Source of the DNA: Fistulifera solaris
Lineage: Eukaryota
DNA length: 64,000 nt
Assembly: GCA_030295235.1 (NCBI GenBank)
Contig: AP026167.1
Location: 682,001 to 746,000 of the forward strand
Direction: 5' to 3'
Part shown: positions 22,563-34,894 of the stretch, piece by piece
Layout: the number at the start of each line of letters is the position of its first letter
How positions within the stretch are numbered: position 1 is the stretch's first letter
Program-made: the position numbers and the translations under genes
Notes under the pieces: model-generated
Database searches by the model: none
What the model was told of the DNA's origin: nothing
Seen by the model: the letters and a program-made list of their open reading frames with translations, nothing else

Positions 22563-25500
22563 ATGTCGGAAGCTCGGAAAACAGATAGAGAAGAACAGAA
22601 CACTCCGCATCGGCTGACTTCTTTGCTTCCTTCCACCGGAGGAGGTCTCATACCAGGGACCGCCGCGACGTCCAATAATTCCGGAAAGTCGCTGCTGGGC
22701 TTGGATCAATTGGCGGCTGCCAAACGAGACGAAAAGAAAAGTAATGAGCGCAACTACCGGAGGCCAATGGATGAGACGCCATCGCATCCCGGTGGAGTGA
22801 ATCGCGCATTGCAAGCCATGAAACGACACGTTAAGAGACCGTTCGCAGGAGGCAACAATCGACAATATCAAAATTCAAATCGAGATTATGAACACCGTCA
22901 AAGAGAAAGAGATGATAGAGAATATGGCGAAGGAGGTGGACAGAGAAGTTACGATGATCGAGGAAGACAGAGAGATTTTAAGGATCGTGGAAGACGTGGT
23001 GATCATTACGACAGAAGGGACCGTCATCAGGAAAGTAATTTTCCAGAAAGATATCGTGAAGATGACAGGCGGTCTCGAAGTCGAGAGTTCGACCGGAATG
23101 ACAGAAGAAGAAACAATGACGAAATGCCCGCTCCGCCCAATCGTCCTTCAACTGTCACACCTTCTTCCTCAAATAACTCACGATCCACCTCAGCCCGCGG
23201 AAGAAATGAGCACAACAACTCCAGAGCGGATCGATCGTTTTCGGCAAGTACGCAAAGCCGCTACGGGTCTTCTGTGGATGCACCTACCCCAATGAGAATG
23301 CCCCCACCGGCGCGTACGCCATCGCATATACCGACGTCGTCTTGGGATGTCGAAACGCCCGCTCGAGCCAAAGCAAGTGACGACCCGGACAATGCTTTGA
23401 CATCTCCAGGTGATGAATCGTTTGAGCGTCAATTTTACTTGCAAGAAGATGAAGGTCATTATGTACAGGATGCGGATGAGGGTGACATGGGTCGCTTCTT
23501 ATTCAACAATCCCAAAATTGAAGCCCGTGAGAAAGAAATGGAACAAAAGAGGCAACAAAACGCTACGCTTAGAAGAAATCCCAGACGATCTGCTATGGAA
23601 GATGACCAGGAAGCATGGGAGAATAATCGACTGCTGTCATCTGGGGCTGCAGTTACAGGGGAAGTTTCTTTGGATATGACAATGGAAGAGGACACAAGAG
23701 TGACCTTGATAGTTCACCAAGTTAAACCCCCTTTTCTGGATGGACGCGTTAGTTTTTCAACGGTTCGCGAAGCTGTTCCCACGGTGAAGGATGCAAGCTC
23801 CGACTTTGCGAAGATGGCGAGAGAAGGATCTGAAACTTTACGATTCATTCGGGCCAGTAAAGATAAAAATGCCATGCGACAGAAATTTTGGGAGTTGGGT
23901 GGAACCAGAATGGGCGACGCTGTTGGAATAAAGGAAAGCGAGAAGCACAGAGACGAGCAAGAGGATGACAATGCAGCTGAAGAGAACGCCGATGGTGAGA
24001 TCAACTACAAGAAAAGTACTGGTTTCGCTGAGCACATGAAAAACAATAAAGATGGTCCTGTCTCCGATTTCGCTAAACAGAAATCGATTCGAGAACAGCG
24101 AGAGTTTTTACCCGTGTTTACAGTCCGCGAAGAACTGTTGAATGTGGTGCGGGAAAACAACGTTGTTGTTATTGTGGGAGAGACGGGATCTGGTAAAACG
24201 ACGCAGTTGACTCAATACTTAATGGAAGAAGGCTATTGCGAGTTGGGATTGGTAGGATGTACCCAACCAAGGAGGGTTGCAGCGATGAGCGTTGCTAAAC
24301 GTGTGAGCGAAGAAGTAGCCGCTTCAATCCAGGAGAAAGGGGGGACGCTGGACGAGAAAACAGATCTTGGAGGTATCGTCGGTTACTCGATCCGTTTCGA
24401 AGACTGCACCAGTGAGCACACGTTAATCAAGTATATGACGGATGGAGTTCTACTCCGAGAAGGTCTGAACGATCCTGACCTAAATAAGTACAGTGCGATA
24501 GTGTAAGTGAATCGCGCTTGTCATTGCTGACTTGTTGTCACATCGGTCTCACTTTTTTTTCGCTTAGGATGGACGAGGCTCATGAGCGTAGTTTGAACAC
24601 GGATGTTCTTTTCGGGATATTGAGAAAGGTCGTGGCCCGGAGGTCGGATTTGAAACTAATCGTTACCAGTGCAACATTGAGTGCCGACGTGTTTAGCGAT
24701 TTCTTTGGAGGAGTTCCGGTCTTCCGTATTCCAGGGCGAACATTTCCTGTTGAAACATTCTTTGCGAAATCTGTGCAAGAAGACTACGTCATGGCTGCAG
24801 TCAAACAAGCTATGCAGATTCATTGTAACAGTCCTCCCGGGGATATTCTTATCTTCATGACTGGCCAGGAAGATATTGAAGGAACTTGTCAGGTTCTAGC
24901 TGAGAAAATGGAGAAGCACGCAGCAGATTCATCACCCTTGCTCGTACTACCTATGTACAGCCAGCTTCCAGCTGATCTCCAAGCTAAAATATTTCAAGCA
25001 GCTCCAGAGGGTACCAGGAAGTGTATCGTGTCCACCAATGTCGCTGAAACGAGTCTAACGGTTGACGGCATTAAATATGTGATTGACGCCGGATATTTTA
25101 AGCTGAAAGTATACAACCCAAAAATTGGAATGGATGCCTTGCTGGTAACTCCCATCAGCAAAGCGAACGCAAAACAGAGACAAGGCCGCGCGGGAAGAAC
25201 GGGGAAAGGATTTTGCTTCCGACTTTACACTGAGATTCAGTTTCGAAATGAAATGATGGAAAATACTGTTCCCGAAATACAAAGGACCAATCTGAGCAAT
25301 GTCGTCTTGCTCCTCAAATCACTTGGCGTTAAAAACTTGCTCGACTTTGACTTCATGGACCCTCCTCCCCAAGATAATATAATGAATTCCATGTACCAGC
25401 TGTGGATTCTCGGAGCACTGGACAATACTGGTGACCTGACTGAAACTGGTCGAAGAATGGTTGAATTTCCCTTGGACCCGCCGTTGAGTAAAATGTTGCT

Positions 25501-26305
25501 CTATTCACATGACCATGGATCCTGCTCTGCCGAAACACTGGTGATTGTCAGCATGTTGTCCGTACCCAGTGTCTTTTTCCGGCCGAAAGATCGAGAGGAG
25601 GAAAGCGATGCTGCACGGGAGAAATTCTTTGTCCCTGAATCCGATCATCTTACGCTATTGAATGTGTATATGAGAGCCAAACAATACAAGTTTGATGCGG
25701 CTTGGTGCACACGTCACTTCATCCACTCGAAAGGGTTGCGGAAAGCACGCGAGGTCCATGCCCAGCTTGTCGATTTGATGAAGCAGCAAAAACTCGAGCC
25801 TAGATCATGCGGCAACTCTTGGGATGCCATTCGTAAGGCAATCTGTTCCGCATACTTTTACAATTCTTCCAAAATCAAGGGAATTGGCGACTATGTCAAC
25901 ATGCTGACGGGTATTCCAGCAGCTCTCCATCCAAGTTCATCCTTGTTTGGATTGGGTTTTACACCTGACTACGTCTGTTACCATGAGTTGATATCGACAA
26001 CGAAAGAGTATATGTCCTGTGTAACCGCTGTAGATGGTGAATGGCTAGCAGAAGTTGGACCAATGTTCTTTTCAGTCAAAGAATCGTACGATAGTATGCT
26101 GGCACGTCGTCAAAAACAAAGACAAAATCAATCTTCTATGGAGGAAGAACTGCGGAAGAAGCAAAAAGAGGAGGAAGCTAAAGAGGAAGAGATGCGTGCC
26201 AAACTGTCGTCTCTTCGTCGCAGCCAGGCCGTTGCGACACCAGGTCGCTCTGCGAATGCAACACCGCGATTCATACCGAAGAAACGAGGGCGACTTGGAC
26301 TCTAG
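22563..26305 (+). CDS. PRP16: Pre-mRNA splicing DEAH helicase Prp16/DHX38 (intron 24503-24567)
   Basis: Motifs [33 protein letters not shown] and QRQGRAGR, plus Prp16-specific KPPFLDGR and KFWELGGT. Confidence 0.95.
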
Positions 26306-26820
26306 TTGGTGGCAACTTACGAACGGAGTTAGCATGCAGATAGAACAACGAAGTCTAGAACGGATTACTGGCTGATCGCCGGATCGAACAGAGAACCGTG
26401 TATATGCTTTGGTTTTTACGACGTCACACTTTAGATAGGCAACAAAGTTGAAGCTGCAGCCAAGGGGAGTTCCCTAAGTTCGTAGTGTAATGGTCTAGAC
26501 GTTGTTTAAAAGCAAATTATCAACCTCATAGCTGTCGAGGACCGTCACAAAACTCTTGAAATGAAAACGCCGTTCTAGCCAAATTTTGGAAGCCCGGTAC
26601 TTAGTTGTACATTAATTCCTACAGTATCTTCGCTCTGACTATGCTGACACCTTCCGCATCGAACTGTCCATTTTCGTCACGTGCTGGAAGTTCTTTTCTT
26701 CTTCATTGTAATGGGAAAGGGGAAAGGTCTGAAAGATACTCTTTACATAGTGCAGGGCCCAGCAAAGGCGACGAAACTCATACGAAAAAACAAAAGGGAA
26801 CCTTGAAAGGACCATCAGTC

Positions 26821-27282
26821 ATGATTGCTTCGCGAGTTAATGCGAAGAGTCCCTTTGCCCTCGCACGATGGTTGAGTTCATCGTCAAAGAATTCCAACAA
26901 TACTCCGCCCGTATTGAATGTCCCGCCAGTTTACATTCATCCTCTTTCTCAGATTGTTTTGCTTTACTTTCAAAATGAATGCCACTCTTGGATTTGTGCA
27001 CACAACTTTGATCTCTCTCTAACCCTTCACCGAGATGGAACGTTTGTGCTACGAAGTGGAACGGCCGACGATGCTCCCCGGATTTGGACGTATTACGACC
27101 CAATGGACAAGAAGCACTGGCTTTCCTACAATAACAAGGACGACATTCAACATCGATTCCTTTTACAAGATAACTTAATGCCCGCTTGGCATGGGAATCG
27201 ACGCAAGAGCTTGGCGGAACGAGTTCAAGAATCGGTGGTCGCTTTGATGGAAAGTGCCGATCAAGACTTGCGAAAAGAGTGA
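26821..27282 (+). CDS. Hypothetical protein, possibly mitochondrion-targeted
   Basis: R/S-rich N-terminus (MIASRVNAKSPFALARWLSSS) followed by globular-looking sequence (YIHPLSQIVL, RFLLQDNL). Confidence 0.65.
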   Translation: MIASRVNAKSPFALARWLSSSSKNSNNTPPVLNVPPVYIHPLSQIVLLYFQNECHSWICAHNFDLSLTLHRDGTFVLRSGTADDAPRIWTYYDPMDKKHWLSYNNKDDIQHRFLLQDNLMPAWHGNRRKSLAERVQESVVALMESADQDLRKE

Positions 27283-27486
27283 TTGTCTGATGACATATTG
27301 TACTTCTGGATAAAATGTATCACTGAATCATTAAACATCCAATGAGAACTTAAATATAACACGAAGTAGTTAATTGTCTTCGAAGCGAAAACTCATAAAA
27401 TACTGAAATAAATGCCTTGTAGGTGGATAATACGATCTACCTGAATGATTGATTTCATAGACGAATGAAAAGATCAGTTTTCTACA

Positions 27487-28329
27487 CTAGTTTGAATAAG
27501 GCACAATATGACAGCCTAGCAAGCCACGACCAGCCCAAGGTCTTGGATTGAGATGAATCGTTACCACTTCGGTGGTATTCCGTCGGATGGTCAAGGGGAT
27601 TGAAGACATTTCAGCCGCCGCTTTCGGAAGAATTTCTCCCACCGATTTCAATGGATCACTACTTTCATCCAACGTTATATTCCCAAACCGCAGTATCAAA
27701 TCATTTTCGGCCAATCCTGCTTGGAAAGCCGGGGACTGGGGTTCGACCGCGTTGACACGAGCAAACGGCCGAGAAGGGATCTTTGGAAGAACGGATGGTT
27801 CGTTAGCAGGGGTAATACTGCTAGCTGGAACGACTCGATTGTCCGCTTCGACTTGTACCACGTTGTCGGCTAATAGCTTGTCAAACGAGCGATTTTCGCC
27901 ATTCGGGGCACCGGCCATACTTCCATCCCAATTCTTAACCACCCATTTCTTCGAAATCGGGTCATATTTGGGCAATGGTTTCGGCTGTAGTCGAGCTTCC
28001 AGTTCGGCTTTTTCTTCGAGGGCTTTGTTGGGGTTTTGGAGAGCAGCTAGTTGTTGTAACGTTCGTTCTATATTCTGCATAAGACCTTTGTGATCCGTCC
28101 GAATGACACTGAGTCGACCTCGTAAAACCCTGGCTCGATAAACATCAATATCGGCTCTCGGAAATCCTTCTGCATCGGTCAAAGGAGTATCAACGCCCAT
28201 CGGTTCACCGTTCGATCGATCAGTCAATTCCGATACGATAGCATCCGCTTCGAGCTCGAGTGATTGACGCTGTACATTGAGGCGCTGCAACGAATCTTTC
28301 ACTTGCTGAATGAGGTCCTGACTCGTCAT
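27487..28329 (-). CDS. PSMD9: 26S proteasome assembly chaperone PSMD9/Nas2
   Basis: Nas2 N-terminal motif PLTDAEGFPRADIDVY, PDZ region SPAFQAGL, and C-terminal PRPWAGRGLLGCHIVP. Confidence 0.92.
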   Translation of the reverse strand: MTSQDLIQQVKDSLQRLNVQRQSLELEADAIVSELTDRSNGEPMGVDTPLTDAEGFPRADIDVYRARVLRGRLSVIRTDHKGLMQNIERTLQQLAALQNPNKALEEKAELEARLQPKPLPKYDPISKKWVVKNWDGSMAGAPNGENRSFDKLLADNVVQVEADNRVVPASSITPANEPSVLPKIPSRPFARVNAVEPQSPAFQAGLAENDLILRFGNITLDESSDPLKSVGEILPKAAAEMSSIPLTIRRNTTEVVTIHLNPRPWAGRGLLGCHIVPYSN

Positions 28330-28462
28330 ACTTTCCGATAGGATATTTGCATAAATGATACTGGTAAAAGGAATGTCAAGAGAGGTTCTTGACATAACAC
28401 AGAAATAGGCAAAAATCAAACGAACTGCATCGAAACGTCCAGAAAACTGTGGCACACAAAAA

Positions 28463-28534
28463 TGGAGGATAGATGATTCGAACACCTGACCTATCGCATG
28501 CAAAGCGATCGCTCTGCCAACTGAGCTAAACCCC
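28463..28534 (-). tRNA. trnA: tRNA-Ala (UGC)
   Basis: GGGG..TAGCTCAGTTGGCAGAGC, anticodon arm ATCGC-TTTGCAT-GCGAT, T-arm AGGTG-TTCGAAT-CATCT, 3' CCTCCA with G3:U70. The acceptor stem appears one G short. Confidence 0.9.
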
Positions 28535-28805
28535 TAATTATCTTTATTAGTAAACTTTTATTTTACATACTGTTATTGTTATTATAATGATAAAAGAGTA
28601 AAAACAATGATCTACGGAGTAGCATTATAATCTTTCAACGGCCAAGCAAGGAGCTTTAAATAAACGAATGTTAACCGGGCCCTATAAGAGACCATCGGTA
28701 AAGTACCGGTACTGTACTTTTGAAGATATTATCTCAATCTACAAGAATGCGAAGTGAAGCTAAAAGCATATACGGACGAAAAACTATCAATTCATTTATG
28801 ACTAG

Positions 28806-29627
28806 CTAACGAATGAATTTGTCCAGGAAGCGCTTATGGAAATCGTTCCGTATGGTGTCGTTGATGAACCGCTTCTTCGGCTTAGGTTCGTCCTTTGCCT
28901 GATTACGAAAGACAACATCTGTCGAAGAATTGATGGTGGGTGTTAGGATGCATCATACACTTGCTAAAGAATCGAAATGGAACAAGTAGTCGGAAGAAGT
29001 AGGCGATTGATTCATACGTACCATCATTCCATTTCCTCTTGATTTGCTGTCCAAACGAATCATTCAAAAGCGGATTCCCGACTATAGCAGCCTCTTCTTG
29101 TCTTTCATGTTCTTGTGCCTCTAATTGTTCCTGTTCCTTCCTTTTCGCTTCTTCCCGTTCGGCCCGAATTTTCGCTAGTTCCGCTTGTAATGCCGCCTCA
29201 TCATCTTCGTCATCGTCACTGGAATCACTATCATCTAAATCCGAATCCTCCGCATCCAAATCACTCTCTCCTTCTCCTTCTCCATCATCTTCCACATCCG
29301 AGTCATCGTACTTGGCTTTCAGCGCCACCTCATCGACTTCGGCCGTTTGTTTCAATAAACGCTGCTGCGCTCGTTCTTCTACCGCCGGATCCAAAGGACG
29401 ACGACGAATCTTTTGCATCGCCGATGCTTCTACTTCTTCTAACGCCATCAATGACTTGCGGAGCGCCTCTTTTGTTCTAAATTGTTGTTCTTGCGGTATT
29501 TCAGGGTCGTATGGGCGGGGGCGGCGTAGACGGACCGACCCGCCGACGAGAGTCCTCCGGCGGACCAACCGCCATCTTCCGATCGACCAACGGCGGCTTT
29601 CCACGTGGGGCGGTGTGCTGTTGTCAT
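28806..29627 (-). CDS. CWC15: Spliceosomal protein Cwc15 (intron 28919-29021; frameshift ~29475)
   Basis: Motifs [18 protein letters not shown], an acidic tract, [26 protein letters not shown] and [15 protein letters not shown]. Confidence 0.93.
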
Positions 29628-29638
29628 TGTGGTTTTGA

Positions 29639-31564
<1,926 letters not shown>

Positions 31565-31714
31565 ATTTGCTGGAGCAAGTTACATGCTAAATTCGATAAT
31601 CCATTTTAGCGTGTATCCCAGGCCAGTGAGCCGCTTTGTCGACTGCAGCATTTTGAAGATAGTCATTTATTAAAGCTATCAAAACAATTATAACTGGTAC
31701 TGTTTAGGTTACAA

Positions 31715-33002
31715 TCAAATCATATTCGCGCTAGCATCGCTGGGTTCTCCGTCACTATCGTCTCCTCTTCCTTCTTTCCGACTGGCTTGAAGACGCCAAA
31801 CGGCTGCCAGTATACTCCCCAAACAAGAATGTGCCGTCGCCGACAGAGCTCCCGGCAAACTGGCCAATGGCGGAGCTCCAATCGAACGTGCTAGCACGAC
31901 AGCCAGTGCCGAGTTTTGCATGCCCACTTCGATTGATATGGTGCGCGAGCTCCGTTCGCTGCGCCCGAACACAACGCGTGGGATCCAGTAACCTCCAGCG
32001 AAACCGAGAGCGTGAAGTAATAGGACCGCGGGCAAGAGAGCACGGGGACCTGCTTCTCCCAACAACAAGGCCGCATTTTGAGCAACAACGCCACCGCAAA
32101 TCAGAGCCACCAGAAGGACGGAAGCAAAGGTGTAAAGCGGCTTAGGAACCGAGCAACACGCGGTAATTTGGCGTTGAGCACCATTCCTCCGAGCACGGGT
32201 ACTAAAACAACTCGCGCTGTTGCTTCACACAAAGCCATACCAGATACTTGTATATTGGCCCCCACCAAGAATTTGACCAAGAGTGGTGTCATGAATACGG
32301 CCATCATGGTGGAGATAGCCGTCAAAATGACAGAAAGAGCCACATCGGCCTGGGCAATGAGAGAGACTAGATTCGAAGCGGTGCCGCCGGGAGAAGCTCC
32401 CACCAAACACAATCCCAAAAAGAGAGCGGAACCGGTAGACGAGACCGCTGGTTGCAATAATAATTGACCTACAGTCCAAGCGGCCAAGGGCATGATAGCG
32501 AATTGACAAATCACACCGAGGGGTACGGACTTCCAATCGTCTGTCAACACTTTTTGAAAATCCTTTGTTTCCAAGGTGAGACCCGTTCCGCACATGACAC
32601 TGGCCAGCATGATCGAAATGATATTGCCTTGATTCACCCAAGTGAGTGTAGAAGGGCTTACTAGTGCAAGAATAGCCGCAGAAAGAACGAAGAGAGGAAA
32701 CAGTGATATGCATTGCGAAAGGATTCGATCTACACGGTTGTTATTAGATTGCGGATTATTGTCTGTTGCGTCCTTTCATGAGCTGCTTCGGATGCAGCAG
32801 CAAGTAATTTGACGGTCGGTGATTGTTCTCGATTAAGTTTCGATGAAGATTGCGTCGCATAGTTGAAAACAGAAGTTGCTCGAATGTTGATCGGCTTATG
32901 TCGGGATGGCTTAATTGAAAAGTATTTTGTCATCAACGCATCATTTGATGGCAAAAGGCACACCAGCCCGCAGACAAGCGCAGTTGGGAAGAACCTCAAC
33001 AT
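31715..33002 (-). CDS. Bile acid:Na+ symporter (BASS) family transporter, probably plastid-targeted (frameshifts ~32775 and ~32125)
   Basis: Motifs GVICQFAIMP, PGGTASNLV, ADVALSV and RTISIEVGMQNSALA, with an N-terminal signal peptide. Confidence 0.9.
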
Positions 33003-33254
33003 CTTCGAAAACGAATTAATGGATTGCAAGTCGTTTATAAATAAATAATAAAGAAGCGATGATGATCCACTTGATGTTGTCATCAAAATAACGAAGGAAT
33101 TGAGCACGGATTCGGTCCCTGGGAATGTTCATAGAACATTTGAGAGGTCAAAGTTATCGTTAAAGGCCCTGAAATATAAATCATGGAAAGGGGGGATCGG
33201 GGATCGTGAAATCGTTAAATTGTCCCATTTTTTGGGTACGTGTGAATATCACAC

Positions 33255-33837
33255 TCCCAGATTTCCTGGGAATGTAAAAGTTCAAAAAGTTCAGATTTTC
33301 TGGAAACGTGAAAATACCAGACCCCCAGATTTCTGGGAGTACGTAGTACTACGTATGAAGAAACAGCAGGTGCAGATTTTCTGGAAGAGTATCACTCTAG
33401 CTAAAGCTTACTCAGCACGGGGCCAGCTTGAACTATTTGTAAGAAAATGAAAATAGACAACGAGAAAATCAGTCCAAATGTCGAAATTGCATTCTAACTT
33501 TAGGAAATTAGAGAATGAAAAAGACTTTAGTTTGAGGTTTGTCATTTTTTATCACTAACTACTGGTAAATGTGGTGAATACCACGACTTGCTGGGAACGT
33601 AAAAATACAACTGGTCCAGATTTTCTGGAACAAAATTGGAAACATCGCAGGCCCAGATTATCTGGGAATGTGATAATACAACTGGTCCAGATTATCTGGA
33701 CCACATGTAAACTGTAAACACCACACGCCCCGATTTCCTGCGATAGTAGAAAAACAACAGGTCCAGATTTTCTGGTCCACGTGTAAACACCTCACGCCCA
33801 GATTTTCTGGGAACATGAAAATACAAATGGTCCAGAT
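33255..33837 (+). repeat. Diverged copies of the 69-bp CCAGATTTTCTGG repeat family (clusters 33255-33385 and 33590-33837)
   Basis: Repeated CCAGATTT(T/C)CTGG cores with GAACGTGAAAATACAACTGGT and ACCACGTGTAAACACC spacers. Confidence 0.85.
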
Positions 33838-33838
33838 A

Positions 33839-34234
33839 GCAACATGTCCAACTATTGCAGAACCTCCGACTATTGCAGAATGTCCGACTATTGCAACATG
33901 TCCAACTATTGCAGAACCTCCGACTATTGCAGAATGTCCGACTATTGCAACATGTCCGACTATTGCAACATGTCCCACTATTGCAACATGTCCGACTATT
34001 GCAACATGTCCAACTATTGCAACATGTCCGACTATGGCAACATGTCCGACTATGGCAACATGTCCGACTATGGCAACATGTCCGACTATGGCAACATGTC
34101 CGACTATGGCAACATGTCCGACTATGGCAACATGTCCAACTATGGCAACACGTCCAACTATGGCAACACGTCCAACTATTGCAACATGTCTGACTATGGC
34201 AACATGTCTGACTATTGCAACATGTCCGACTATT
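33839..34234. repeat. 18-bp minisatellite, 22 copies, consensus GCAACATGTCCGACTAT(T/G)
   Basis: Direct count. The first six units form a duplicated 54-bp higher-order trimer. Confidence 0.97.
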
Positions 34235-34242
34235 GCTAAACA

Positions 34243-34346
34243 GTGAGATGTGGGAAGTGGGAAGTGAGATTAGAGATGTGAGAAGTGAGAAGTGGGAAGT
34301 GAGATGTTAGAAGAGAGATGTCGGAATTGGGAAGTGGGAAGTGGGG
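34243..34346. repeat. Purine-rich heptamer tract, GTG(A/G)GA(A/T) repeats
   Basis: gtgagat gtgggaa gtgggaa gtgagat ... gtgagaa gtgagaa gtgggaa. Confidence 0.85.
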
Positions 34347-34700
34347 TGGTCCAGATTTCTGGACCACGTGTAAACACCAATGGCCCAGATTTTCTGGGAA
34401 CGTGAAAATACAACTGATCTAGATTTTCTGGACCACGTGTAAACACCAATGGCCCAGATTTTCTGGGAACGTGAAAATACAACTGATCTAGATTTTCTGG
34501 ACCACGTGTATACACCACTCACCCAGATTTCCTGGGAACTTGAAATTACAACTGGTCCAGATTTTCTGGACCACGTGTAAACACCACTCGCCCAGAGTTT
34601 CTGGGTACTTGACATCCACATTCTCGGTGTACTTGAAAAACCACATCCCCACATTTTCTGTGGACGTGAAAACCACAGGCCCACATTTCCCTAACAAAGA
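34347..34700 (+). repeat. Best-conserved array of the 69-bp dimeric repeat (~3.5 units, then decaying)
   Basis: Unit CCAGATTTTCTGG-ACCACGTGTAAACACCAATGGC-CCAGATTTTCTGG-GAACGTGAAAATACAACTGAT. Confidence 0.92.
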
Positions 34701-34894
34701 CACACACCACATGCAGTATCTGGTACACAGATTTTCCGTGCAGATATGAGATAAGACACGACACGAATTTTGGCAGAATACAAAGTAAAGGAGAGAAAGC
34801 TTCACCAGGAGAATTAAATTATGAAACAAGCAGCAAGTTTATACTCAAGGCGAGCAAAGTGTTAAAAAACTTTTACTATCGATTTTCCATCAGC

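Noticed and set aside
27487..28503. N-terminal extensions given by the ORF track (PSMD9 from 28503, SNRNP40 from 4812, SRP54 from 29669, 26605 ORF)
   Set aside because: They run through the tRNA or promoter DNA; family similarity starts at downstream ATGs.
33815..34246. Plus-strand ORFs (ATCPTI)n, (MSDYCN)n and (QHVRLL)n as real Cys-rich or antifreeze proteins
   Set aside because: They are by-products of a stop-free 18-bp unit, have no signal peptide, and start inside another repeat.
34243..34346. G-rich heptamer tract as an interstitial telomere
   Set aside because: Units (GTGGGAA/GTGAGAT) do not match TTAGGG-type repeats and are heterogeneous.
34347..34700. Palindromic repeat-spacer array as a CRISPR array
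   Set aside because: Spacers are two alternating recurrent sequences rather than unique, the repeat is only 13 bp, there are no cas genes, and the context is eukaryotic.
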